64,000 nt of DNA from an uncultured Acetatifactor sp. (GCA_964523315.1 CAZFYD010000002.1:236-64235), one strand, 5' to 3'; shown: positions 31,272-40,494, counted from the stretch's first letter. Numbers and translations are program-made. The notes: generated by a model from the sequence alone, not told the origin.

Positions 31272-31874
31272 TTATTCCATGGCTTTTTTTATGGCAGCCA
31301 TCAGTTCCTCATAGGTTTCGTATGCAGGCAGCTCCGGATTATCTGCTTTAATCTGCTCCGTGCTTTTAAATAAAAAGCCTGCCTTGCTGGCCCTGATCAT
31401 GCCCAGATCATTATAGCTGTCACCGCTGGCAATGGTCTCATAACCAATGGACTGCAGCGCTTTTACGGTGGCGAGCTTGGAACTTTCAATACGCATTTTA
31501 AAGCCGGCGATCTCCCCATTTTCAGCCACCACCAGGGAATTGCAGAATATGGTAGGCCATCCCAGCTTCTGCATTAACGGGCTGGCAAACTGTGTGAAGG
31601 TATCACTGATAATGATGACCTGTGAAAAGGAACGCAGTTCATCCAGAAACTCCTTTGCGCCGGGCATGGGATCGATTCCGGCAATGGTTTCCTGGATCTC
31701 TTTCAGTCCCAGGCCATGCTCCTTTAAGATTCCCAAGCGCCACCGCATCAATTTGTCATAATCCGGTTCATCACGAGTGGTTCTTTTTAATTCAGGAATA
31801 CCGCTGGCTTCCGCAAATGCAATCCAGATTTCCGGTACCAATACACCTTCTAAGTCCAAACAAGTAATATACAT
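31272..31874 (-). CDS. thrH: Bifunctional phosphoserine phosphatase / homoserine phosphotransferase
   Basis: HAD motif CLDLEGVLVPEIW, IISDTF, GDSYND. Confidence 0.93.
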   Translation of the reverse strand: MYITCLDLEGVLVPEIWIAFAEASGIPELKRTTRDEPDYDKLMRWRLGILKEHGLGLKEIQETIAGIDPMPGAKEFLDELRSFSQVIIISDTFTQFASPLMQKLGWPTIFCNSLVVAENGEIAGFKMRIESSKLATVKALQSIGYETIASGDSYNDLGMIRASKAGFLFKSTEQIKADNPELPAYETYEELMAAIKKAME

Positions 31875-31946
31875 ATCATTTTCTCCTCCTATATAACAGG
31901 ATTATTGTACCACGTTCGCCATTCTTTCACAACAAAAATAAGCTCC

Positions 31947-32543
31947 TTAACAGTAATTCTTAACCTGTCTGATGGTAGTTGCTTTCTCTTTCAGAACCTG
32001 CATCAGACTGTCAAAGTTCTCATAGCTGTTCTTTAAAAGAAAAGTCATGAAGCCTTTATAGGGATAAGGAACCAGTTCATAGCTGACTGACAATCTGTAA
32101 AGGTCTTTATTATTCTTTATTAACAACGTGTTCACTGTGGAAATACGGCAGATTACGGAGTGCTCTGCCATACTCATCAAAAATGCATTGGGCAGCATGG
32201 ACGGATCTGCCGATTCCCGCTTCTCTGGTGACTCCTGCAGATAAGCACGCAGTCTTTCATCCTCTCTTGCCAGGGAAATCAGATAAAGCTCATCCCTGTC
32301 CAAATAGAAATATCCATTTTCCACTGTGATTTTCTTCTGCAGCTTATAATGAACTCCTAAAGCTGCAATGGCCATGACCAGGGCTGACGCTATGGCCCAT
32401 TTCACCCCCCATAATATGCAGACTCCCAGAAGGATCACGATTCCTGCTGCAGCCAGGCCGACCATCAGCTCTTTATGATCCTTCGGAATCGGTCTCCAAA
32501 CGGTAATCGGTCGTTCTTCCTGTAAAAAATCTCTTTCTACCAT
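31947..32543 (-). CDS. Hypothetical protein with two N-terminal TM helices
   Basis: 198-aa ORF with AGGAG RBS and two hydrophobic segments; no recognised family. Confidence 0.75.
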   Translation of the reverse strand: MVERDFLQEERPITVWRPIPKDHKELMVGLAAAGIVILLGVCILWGVKWAIASALVMAIAALGVHYKLQKKITVENGYFYLDRDELYLISLAREDERLRAYLQESPEKRESADPSMLPNAFLMSMAEHSVICRISTVNTLLIKNNKDLYRLSVSYELVPYPYKGFMTFLLKNSYENFDSLMQVLKEKATTIRQVKNYC

Positions 32544-32631
32544 CTTTACATCTCTCCTTGTACATATAGTTATAATTTATAAAAGGAAGACTATTCTTCC
32601 TTTCATTTAGTCCTTCTAAACTATTATATAC

Positions 32632-32673
32632 AAAAAAAAGGAGGAATGCAACCCCTAAAGATCACATTCCTCC
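32632..32673 (-). terminator. Intrinsic terminator after the lipoprotein gene
   Basis: GGAGGAATG/CATTCCTCC stem followed by a long T run on the minus strand. Confidence 0.7.
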
Positions 32674-32693
32674 ATAATATTATTGCTTTTTAC

Positions 32694-33227
32694 TTACTTA
32701 TTGAAATAAGCAAAGAATACATCTCCCTCTGTGTTATCAGAGAAGAACTCCAGGTAAGATACGGAGAACTCTTTTGCCTCTGCAGGTACTTCATAGATCA
32801 CATGATAGGTAACAGTATCCTTGTTTGCCAGACCATATTCGGAAGGCATAACGGTGCTGGAATCATCCATTTCGATGCCATAGTCGTAATCATCCTCTCC
32901 ATTGCCAAGGTCATGCCACTGAATCTGGAAATCACTGTTGAACATAGGCAGTTCCTCACCAAAGGTATTCTTTACGGTGATTACACAATCCAGCAGCTGA
33001 TATCCGTCAGCAGGTACATAGCCCTCATACTCGGAGGGGTAAGATACGGAATCCACACTCCAATCAAAGAAGACAGTTCTGAAGGTATCACCCACACCGC
33101 CCTCTGCATAGCCGTCTTCTGCGGATATCACGCTTTTTACTAAATTACCGCAGGCGGTAAACATCATGCATACCATCATCATCATTGCAACACAAACTAC
33201 TACTAATCTCTTACTGGTTTTCATCAT
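32694..33227 (-). CDS. DUF4352-like lipoprotein
   Basis: Lipobox FTAC; Ig-like pattern (ITVKNT..E.LPMF.SDFQ, YEVP); GGAGGAG RBS. Confidence 0.8.
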   Translation of the reverse strand: MMKTSKRLVVVCVAMMMMVCMMFTACGNLVKSVISAEDGYAEGGVGDTFRTVFFDWSVDSVSYPSEYEGYVPADGYQLLDCVITVKNTFGEELPMFNSDFQIQWHDLGNGEDDYDYGIEMDDSSTVMPSEYGLANKDTVTYHVIYEVPAEAKEFSVSYLEFFSDNTEGDVFFAYFNK

Positions 33228-33387
33228 CTTTCTCCTCCACATAAGTTTATGTATTTTTGTTTCTTGTTTCTGAAAATCAGAAGCCAAAAAAAATTATAGT
33301 ACGGTTTCCTCTTTTTGTCTACATCTTTTAGAACTTTTTATCCTTTTTATCCTTCCCCGTAACAAGGCTTCCCCGTAACAGTTCAGC

Positions 33388-33450
33388 CATAAGAGAATCT
33401 TCTCTGTGCATAGGTGCTTGCACACAATGCACAGGGATGATTCTCTTATG
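33388..33450. repeat. 63-bp palindrome with 24-bp arms
   Basis: CATAAGAGAATCTTCTCTGTGCAT...ATGCACAGGGATGATTCTCTTATG, 22 of 24 positions complementary, inner GTGC-TT-GCAC. Confidence 0.85.
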
Positions 33451-33486
33451 AGCAGAGCGCCCTCATAACCTCCATGCATTTGCAAA

Positions 33487-34065
33487 CTATTCCTGCGATT
33501 TTTCCTCCAGACAGCCCTGGACAAAAAAGTAAGCCGCCAGCTGTGCCCTGGAGCTGAATTCTTCCCTCTGCAGAAGCCCACTAACCTCTTCCCGGGTATA
33601 AAACCGTGCTTCAATCTGTTCATTTTCCGAGGTATGGTCGGCCATCTCTCCTTCCGCATCCACTATGGCAATATAGGTGGTGGTATCGGAGATGGCTACC
33701 GCCGCATAGGAGGGCGGCAGGATCGCCCGAATCCGCCGGACGGAGAGCCCGGTCTCCTCATACAGCTCTCTCTGGACGCATTCCTCGATGGTTTCCCCCT
33801 CCTCCAGCATACCGGCGCACAGATTATAAATCGTTTTATTGATGCCCATCCGGAATTCCTGCAGCAGAAGCAGCCTGCCCCGGCAGATCGCAATGATGGA
33901 TACCCCGCTGGGTTTAGCTCCCAGATCCTCCGGGGAGGAGAGCTCTCTGCGGCTGACGATCTCATATTTTTTCTCCTTGCCGGCTTTATTTAAATAAGTC
34001 AGTTCATAATTTTTCAGATATTTCCCGTCCCTGACCTTTTCCATTTTCAGAAGCTTCATATCCAC
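33487..34065 (-). CDS. Nudix hydrolase (ADP-ribose pyrophosphatase-like)
   Basis: Nudix box GMLEEGETIEECVQRELYEETGL. Confidence 0.93.
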   Translation of the reverse strand: MDMKLLKMEKVRDGKYLKNYELTYLNKAGKEKKYEIVSRRELSSPEDLGAKPSGVSIIAICRGRLLLLQEFRMGINKTIYNLCAGMLEEGETIEECVQRELYEETGLSVRRIRAILPPSYAAVAISDTTTYIAIVDAEGEMADHTSENEQIEARFYTREEVSGLLQREEFSSRAQLAAYFFVQGCLEEKSQE

Positions 34066-34084
34066 TCATACCTTTCTGATCGTT

Positions 34085-35536
34085 CTACTGTCCCCCCTGC
34101 GCCCTGCGGCGGCCGAACTGCTCCAGCAGAGAAGGGCTCACCTTTTTCCGGGTGATCTCCACCAGGCCAAGAGGTGTCATGTCCACTACCCGCACAGTTA
34201 CCGGATCCTCTCTGACCAGCTCCCGCAGATACGCCATCAGCTCCTCTTTCTGATCCGACGAGGCCATATTAATAAAATCCACAATGATAATGCCGGAAAG
34301 GTTCCGCAGCCGCAGCTGACGGGCCACCTCCCGGGCGGCTTCCAGATTCACCCGGCATATGGTCTCCTCCGCAGATTTCCTGCTGAGTCCGGCAATACTT
34401 TTTCCCGTATTCACGTCAATGGCAGTCAGGCTCTCCGTCTGTTCGATCACCAGATTTGCGCCGGATTTCATCCACACGGTTCTGCCCAGGGCCTCCTCCA
34501 GTCTGGCGGACAGGCTGTAAAGCTGATTTAGGGACAAACGCTCATCCTGATAAAACCGGAGCTTCTTATCCTCCGGAAATGCATTCTGCTCCTGCAGCAG
34601 TTTAAGCTCGTCATGGATCCCTGCCAGATCCGTTACCACTTCCTCGTATTCACCGGTCGGAAACGGTCTCAGCGCCTCCTCCAGGGCCGATCCGGCCTCC
34701 TGCAGACAGGTAAAGCAGGTACGGTGCCTTCCCTGCCGGAACAGGGCTGAAAAACGGCTGTACAGCTCTTCGTATTCCCGGTGCAAAAATTCTGCCGCTG
34801 CCGTTGCTTTCTCCGTTTCTTCCTGATCTTCCTCCGAGGCCTGCCGCAGCAGCTGCCCGGCCTGAGTGCGCACCACCAGACCGAAAGGCGGGATCCCCTC
34901 CTGCTGTACCGGCACGCCGTTTGGAGTTGTCACCTGCCATTCTGTCAGAAGTCCACGGATTTCTTTTCGCTGCTTATCCCCCAGCTTTTTAGATATCCCG
35001 ACCCGCATTTCTCCGGTGGAAAGCACAAAATACTCTCCCCGCAGGCTGATCCTGGTGGTCACTACCGCCTGTTTGGTCTTGATAGCATCATACTCCAGCT
35101 GCACCAGCAGTTCATCCCCCTCCAAGATCCTGCCGTCATAGGCTCTGTTGGTCAAAAAAGGGGGATCCGTTATGCGATCCAGGGACAGAAAACACTGCTC
35201 TCGGTCTGCAATCTCCACAAAGCAGGCATTGAGATTTTTAACCAGCTTTTTTACCTTGCCCAGATAAATGGCTCCTATACGGCTTTTTCGGCTGAGAGAA
35301 AAGGTCTGCACTGCTGTCAGGCGATCCTGCTTAAGAAGCACGGCCATCAGAAGCTCCGGAATTGTCTCATTGCTCTGCATTCTGTTCCCGGGGACTCCCT
35401 GCTCGTTCGCATCGTCTCTCTGCTGTTTCCCAGGATCGAAAGGAACAGCGGTGATCAGTACCTTGCCCCGCTGCCGGTTCTTTCGCTGCTCTTCCCAATC
35501 CGAGCGATCCGTGAACTGCATGATTCCCCTGCTCAT
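34085..35536 (-). CDS. Ribonuclease E/G family protein
   Basis: S1 domain (IYLGKVK), IDVNTG, QLRLRNLSGIIIVDFI, GLVEITRK. Confidence 0.93.
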   Translation of the reverse strand: MSRGIMQFTDRSDWEEQRKNRQRGKVLITAVPFDPGKQQRDDANEQGVPGNRMQSNETIPELLMAVLLKQDRLTAVQTFSLSRKSRIGAIYLGKVKKLVKNLNACFVEIADREQCFLSLDRITDPPFLTNRAYDGRILEGDELLVQLEYDAIKTKQAVVTTRISLRGEYFVLSTGEMRVGISKKLGDKQRKEIRGLLTEWQVTTPNGVPVQQEGIPPFGLVVRTQAGQLLRQASEEDQEETEKATAAAEFLHREYEELYSRFSALFRQGRHRTCFTCLQEAGSALEEALRPFPTGEYEEVVTDLAGIHDELKLLQEQNAFPEDKKLRFYQDERLSLNQLYSLSARLEEALGRTVWMKSGANLVIEQTESLTAIDVNTGKSIAGLSRKSAEETICRVNLEAAREVARQLRLRNLSGIIIVDFINMASSDQKEELMAYLRELVREDPVTVRVVDMTPLGLVEITRKKVSPSLLEQFGRRRAQGGQ

Positions 35537-36435
35537 GGCTGCGTACCTGCTTCCCGAACCGCCTGTTTTTCCTCATAGCGGCGGGACTGCATCCATTCCT
35601 GCAGCTCCGCTTCTTTGGCGGCCATGGCCTCCTGACGGATGCGCTCCGCCTCTCTGACCGTCTCTTCCTTGCGCTGCTGCGCCTCCCGGGCAATCTGCAG
35701 CCGTTTCTCATCCACCATGGGTTCCAGAATCTGACTGCCGATGGCATCCATGGGCACCAGCTGTCGGGGCTCGCCCTCCGCTGCCAGATTCAGGTAGGTA
35801 TCGTTGCGGTGCACGGTAAAAGCGTTTTCCGCCAGCGTTTCCCCGTGCAGAGCCGTATAAGCCTCCAGAATCTGCGACGGCTTGATATTGCCGCTGCTGG
35901 AAGCATCCACCAGCATATGGATGGTGCGGCTCTCCGGATCCGCCTGCAGCGCATAGATCCCCGGCCGGATATCCAGTGTCAGAGTATTTTTCTTGGTCTC
36001 CTTGGTAATCAGAATTTCGGGCCGGGCATAAAAATCCGCAAGCTGACCCAGATAGTCAAAGGAAGGTTCCCGGTTCTCCCGGAATTTCACCGTATAGGAC
36101 GCTGCAGCCACACTGGCCATGGCATTGCCAGAATGCTCCGGCAGCAGCACCACGCTGACAATCTCAATTCCCGGTACACTGGCCCGGTTAAGGCGTTCCA
36201 TCATATCTGCAGAGGTGGTGACGCTGTTGCATTCAATATCCATATATTCGCCGTCACTGGTCAGTCCCACGCCCAGGGGCGCTGCAAAGGTCATGATCTG
36301 GTGGGGGCTGTAGCCGGTAGTATAGGCCACATCAATTTCCGCCCGCCGGATGCATTTCTGGAAAAAACGCATCACATCCAGATGGCCGATAAAGCGCACA
36401 GGGCCGTATTTGCGAAATTTTACTCGTACCTTCAT
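35533..36435 (-). CDS. Radical SAM-linked protein (TIGR03936 family) with C-terminal coiled-coil extension
   Basis: RVKFRKYG..FIGHLD, G.SPH, PLGVG..S.GEY; follows the radical SAM gene. Confidence 0.9.
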   Translation of the reverse strand: MKVRVKFRKYGPVRFIGHLDVMRFFQKCIRRAEIDVAYTTGYSPHQIMTFAAPLGVGLTSDGEYMDIECNSVTTSADMMERLNRASVPGIEIVSVVLLPEHSGNAMASVAAASYTVKFRENREPSFDYLGQLADFYARPEILITKETKKNTLTLDIRPGIYALQADPESRTIHMLVDASSSGNIKPSQILEAYTALHGETLAENAFTVHRNDTYLNLAAEGEPRQLVPMDAIGSQILEPMVDEKRLQIAREAQQRKEETVREAERIRQEAMAAKEAELQEWMQSRRYEEKQAVREAGTQP

Positions 36436-36460
36436 GTCATATTCTCCATTCTGATCCGAA

Positions 36461-38359
36461 TCAGCATCCTCCGTAATTGCCCACTTCTCTGGGTTCAAAG
36501 CAGATGCCGCCGCCAAACCGGGTCACGCCGCAGCCCTGACACCGGACCTTGCAGTTCTCCGAGATCTGCTCCTTCTGCGCCTTCAGCCATTCCCGCTTCA
36601 GGAATTCCTTGGTTACGCCGCAGTCGATAAAGTCCCAGGGCAGGATCTCGTCCAGAGGCCTCTCCCTGTGGGAGTAAAATTCCGTGGTCAGGCCGTATTC
36701 CGCCAGCGTCTCCTCCCACACTTCATTTTTAAAATATTCGCTCCAGGCATCGTAAAAACAGCCCTTTTGGTAAACCCCAAGGATCACCTGGGCCAGACGC
36801 CTGTCACCCCGGGCCAGAACGCCCTCCCAGACACTGGCGTCAGCCTCGTGATAATTGTACTTAATGCTCTTCTGGTTCAGCTGCTCGGAGATACATTTCC
36901 GGGTGAAATAGGCTTTTTCAATGAACTCCTCCTTGGTACACTGGCTGGCCCACTGAAAGGGTGTAAAGGGCTTGGGCACAAAGAAAGAGGTACTGGTGAC
37001 AATCTGCACCCTGCCGTTGATCCGGGCCTCCTTGGGCACCTCCTCAAAGAAGGTGGCGGCGATCTTGTTGGACAGCTCTGCAATCCCCCGCATATCGTCT
37101 TTAGTCTCCGTAGGCAGTCCCAGCATGAAATACAGCTTGACTCTGGTCCAGCCTCCCCGGAAGGCCAGGGTGGAGCCGTGGATAATATCCTCCTCGGTCA
37201 GCCCCTTGTTGATCACATTGCGCAGCCTCTGGCTGCCCGCCTCCGGGGCAAAGGTCAGGGAGGATTTGCGGATATCCTGCACCTTGCTCATGACATCCAG
37301 GGAAAAGGCGTCGATCCGCAGGGAGGGCAGGGAAATATTGATCTTTTTCTCCTTGCATTCCTCGATCAGGAAATCAATCAGCTCCGGAAGCCTGCTGTAA
37401 TCGCTGGAACTTAAAGAGCTCAGGGAAATCTCCTCGTGGCCGGTGTTTTTCAGCATTTCCAGGGTGTAGCTTTTCAGGACTTCCACATCCCGCTCCCGCA
37501 CAGGACGGTACAGCTGCCCGGCCTGGCAGAACCGGCAGCCCCGGATACAGCCCCGCTGGATCTCCAGCACCACTCTGTCCTGGGTCACCTTGATATAAGG
37601 CACCACCGGCTTCATGGGATAATAGGTATCGGACACCTGCATTTCCACTTCTTTCAGAATGGTACGGGGGATGCCCTCCTCCGTGGGCTCAAAGCTTTTG
37701 ATGGTGCCGTCCTCATGATAGGACACCTGATAGAACCGGGGAGCATACATTCCCGGAAGCTTTGCCGCACGGCGCAGGAATTCCACCCTGCCGCAGCCCT
37801 CCTTTTTGCATGCCTTATACAGATCCAGCAGGTTACGGTACTGGGTCTCGCCCTCCCCGATATAAAACAAATCAAAGAAATCCGCAATCGGCTCCGGGTT
37901 GTAGGTACAGGGACCGCCGCCGATGACGATGGGGCAGTCCTCTCCCCGCTCAGACGCCAGCAGCGGGATCCGGGAGAGATCCAGCACCTGCAGGATATTG
38001 GTGTAACACATTTCATACTGTATTGTAATGCCCAGAAAATCCATGTCCTTGATGGGTTCCTGGGATTCCAGCCCAAACAGGGGGATCTGCTGCTCCCGCA
38101 TGATGCGGTCTAAGTCCACCCAGGGGGAATAGACCCGCTCGCACCATACATCCTCCCAGCTGTTGAACATATCATAAAGGATCTGGATTCCCAGATGGGA
38201 CATGCCAATCTCATATACATCCGGGAAACACATGACAAATCTTACATCCACCCGGGACTTGTCCTTTACTACAGCATTTACTTCATTGCCGATATACCGT
38301 GCAGGCTTTTCTATCTTCATCAGAATATCGTCTGACAGCGCCAGCTTTTCTGTCATCAT
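36461..38359 (-). CDS. B12-binding radical SAM protein (TIGR03960 family)
   Basis: KPARYIGNE, FPDVYEIGMSHLG, CIRGCRFC (CxxxCxxC), C-terminal Cys cluster. Confidence 0.93.
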   Translation of the reverse strand: MMTEKLALSDDILMKIEKPARYIGNEVNAVVKDKSRVDVRFVMCFPDVYEIGMSHLGIQILYDMFNSWEDVWCERVYSPWVDLDRIMREQQIPLFGLESQEPIKDMDFLGITIQYEMCYTNILQVLDLSRIPLLASERGEDCPIVIGGGPCTYNPEPIADFFDLFYIGEGETQYRNLLDLYKACKKEGCGRVEFLRRAAKLPGMYAPRFYQVSYHEDGTIKSFEPTEEGIPRTILKEVEMQVSDTYYPMKPVVPYIKVTQDRVVLEIQRGCIRGCRFCQAGQLYRPVRERDVEVLKSYTLEMLKNTGHEEISLSSLSSSDYSRLPELIDFLIEECKEKKINISLPSLRIDAFSLDVMSKVQDIRKSSLTFAPEAGSQRLRNVINKGLTEEDIIHGSTLAFRGGWTRVKLYFMLGLPTETKDDMRGIAELSNKIAATFFEEVPKEARINGRVQIVTSTSFFVPKPFTPFQWASQCTKEEFIEKAYFTRKCISEQLNQKSIKYNYHEADASVWEGVLARGDRRLAQVILGVYQKGCFYDAWSEYFKNEVWEETLAEYGLTTEFYSHRERPLDEILPWDFIDCGVTKEFLKREWLKAQKEQISENCKVRCQGCGVTRFGGGICFEPREVGNYGGC

Positions 38360-38411
38360 CTGTTTGATTCCTTTCCGCCTTGAATTTCTGTCGTGATTGC
38401 TTTGCCCTATT

Positions 38412-38440
38412 AGTATACGTCATCGGGACGGTAAAAGCAA
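38412..38440 (-). promoter_or_regulatory. Sigma-A promoter of the radical SAM operon
   Basis: Minus strand TTGCTT-17 bp-TATACT. Confidence 0.65.
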
Positions 38441-38442
38441 GT

Positions 38443-38474
38443 GAAATACCCCGCAGCGAGCCGCAGGGTATTTC
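38443..38474 (-). terminator. Hairpin terminator after the solute-binding protein pseudogene
   Basis: GAAATACCCTGCGGC-TC-GCTGCGGGGTATTTC; its two mismatches are G.U pairs only on the minus strand. Confidence 0.65.
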
Positions 38475-38487
38475 CGCTTTTTATTGA

Positions 38488-40066
38488 TTAATATTGTTCA
38501 TCCAGATATAGCTGGACACGGTTCTGGAGAATGCGGGCCACTTCCCAGGGATCTTTGTCTTCCTGACAGTATACAGCCATCTCTTCTTCCAGAATATAAA
38601 AGATATCATCTATCTATCTGTCTGTCTGTCCATCGCCCTGCTATGCAGAATGACCTGGAGAAACTGCTCCGCTTCCTGTGGATCATAGGCTCTGGCTCCG
38701 TATGCGTTTTCCTCTTTCTCTGCCAAAGCCTTTGCCTGCGCAGTCAGCGCCGCCTGAAGCGCCTGCGTATTCACCGGAAGGCCGCTGCCCTCTTCTGCCA
38801 TCTCCATCTGCTGCACCGGATCCAGAAGATATTCCAGAAAAGCTATCGCTCCTTCCTTACAGGAAGATGCTTGATTCACGGCGAAGCCGCTTCCAACCAC
38901 ATAACTGCCATTACCGTTTTCCATAGGATAACCGATTAAAACACAATCCTCACCCAGAATATTTAAATCATTATAGTAGCTTTCCAGAGTTACGCCGACA
39001 AGAGGCGCACTGATCAGAATATCATTGGCTGCAAACGCTTTGCTGAGGTCCGAAGAATAATATGAGGAAGCTGAAGAAGCTTCCATTGCCCTTGCAAATT
39101 TCAGCAGTTCTACAAATTCTTCCGTCTCAAAATGGCAGCATTTATTTTCCCAGTCGATATATGCAGGATTTTCTTCATCCTGCAGCAGATAAGCCAGAAC
39201 CTGAGCAGCAGAAGCTCCCTGAAATAAAGTAGTTGTTTCACGGCTGCGTGCAGTCTCCAGCATCTCTTCCAACGTCCATCGGCTGCGTCCGCCTGCAATA
39301 TCGCCCGTAGTAACCACTGTACATAATTCAACTCCAAAAGGGGCAATGTAATAATGTTCTCCCGCCCGGCTGTATTCCAACGCCTGCGGGAGTATATTTT
39401 TCTGATCCTGCAGCCAATCATCCAGCGGCTCCAGATAGCCTCTGCGGGCATAGGCGTCGATATCCAGCAGCAAACTGTCCACCAGGTCCGGAGCATTGCC
39501 GGCAGCAAACTCCATTTGCAGGCTCTCCCTGGCTTCCAATCCGGATTCCTGACTGAGCTCTCTTACGACAATCTCTTTTCCTGTTCCGGCAACGCATCTG
39601 CTTCTGCCCAGGTATTTTCCTGCCTGATCACGAGATGCATGTTCTCCGGCCTGTCCCCTTCTTCCACATAATAATAGGTGACATATATCTCTCCTGAGTC
39701 TGTCAGTCCCCAGCCGTTTATCGCCTTACCTTCCCTGCCCGGCAGAGCCGTAAAATCTATTTTCTCGGCAGACCAGACTTCGTAAGGAGCGGCTAAGATC
39801 TGCAGATAAATTTGCATTTGGTCATCTTCTCCCGTAACGGACACCAGACGATACAGGACATCCCACGCAAGCCGGTAATCAAGCTCCCGCAGATCCGATC
39901 CGGAATCTGCAAGTCCCGCATCCGGATCGGGGAGCTTCTGCATATGCACGGTATAGTGAAGCACAGAAGTCTGCTCCTCAGTATCTTTATCGAAAACTTC
40001 TGTCCCACAGCCTGCTATGCTGACCACAAAAATTATGATACATAAAAAAATTCGAAACCCTTTCAT
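38488..40066 (-). pseudogene. Extracellular solute-binding lipoprotein gene broken into three frames
   Basis: Signal peptide and lipobox (IAGC) in 39563-40066; SBP core (AGNAPDL, LEPLD, EGAIAFLEYLL) in 38610-39539; family-typical C-terminus ILEEEMAVY...VARILQNRVQLYLDE in a third frame at 38488-38610. Confidence 0.85.
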
Positions 40067-40164
40067 AGCTTCTCCTACACAGTTTATACCGCAACACTTG
40101 TAAAATAGCAGAGGCATTTTTGTGAAATAAAGCAGTTTCCCTTCTCATTCTAAAATAATATTAA

Positions 40165-40494
40165 TTACGGCAAACAGTCGCAGCGGATATATTCCATGAT
40201 CTGGCTGCCGGTCAGGCCGAACAGGGTGTCGCCACGGCGGTCGATCAGCACCAGCAGACATACCAATACCAGAGCCAGCAAAAGCCGCAGTCCCAGCGTG
40301 CCGCTGCGTCCGGCGGTTCCTGTGCCTCCATAGCTGTCTTCATAATCTCCTGCTCGGTCATCCTCCTCAAAATAGCTGAGAGGCCTGCCATAGAGCACCT
40401 GCTCCCGCTGTCCCAGATCCTGTCTGTCCTGACGATAGCGTTCCCTGACCTGTCTGGTTAACTGCAGCTTCTGCTCCGAGGAAATATCGCCCAT
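40165..40494 (-). CDS. Small hypothetical membrane protein
   Basis: 109-aa ORF, AAAGGT RBS, one C-terminal hydrophobic helix. Confidence 0.7.
   Translation of the reverse strand: MGDISSEQKLQLTRQVRERYRQDRQDLGQREQVLYGRPLSYFEEDDRAGDYEDSYGGTGTAGRSGTLGLRLLLALVLVCLLVLIDRRGDTLFGLTGSQIMEYIRCDCLP

Noticed and set aside
38443-38474. Hairpin as an IS200/IS605 end
   Set aside because: No tnpA or tnpB nearby; its position and strand-specific G.U pairing fit a terminator of the upstream gene.
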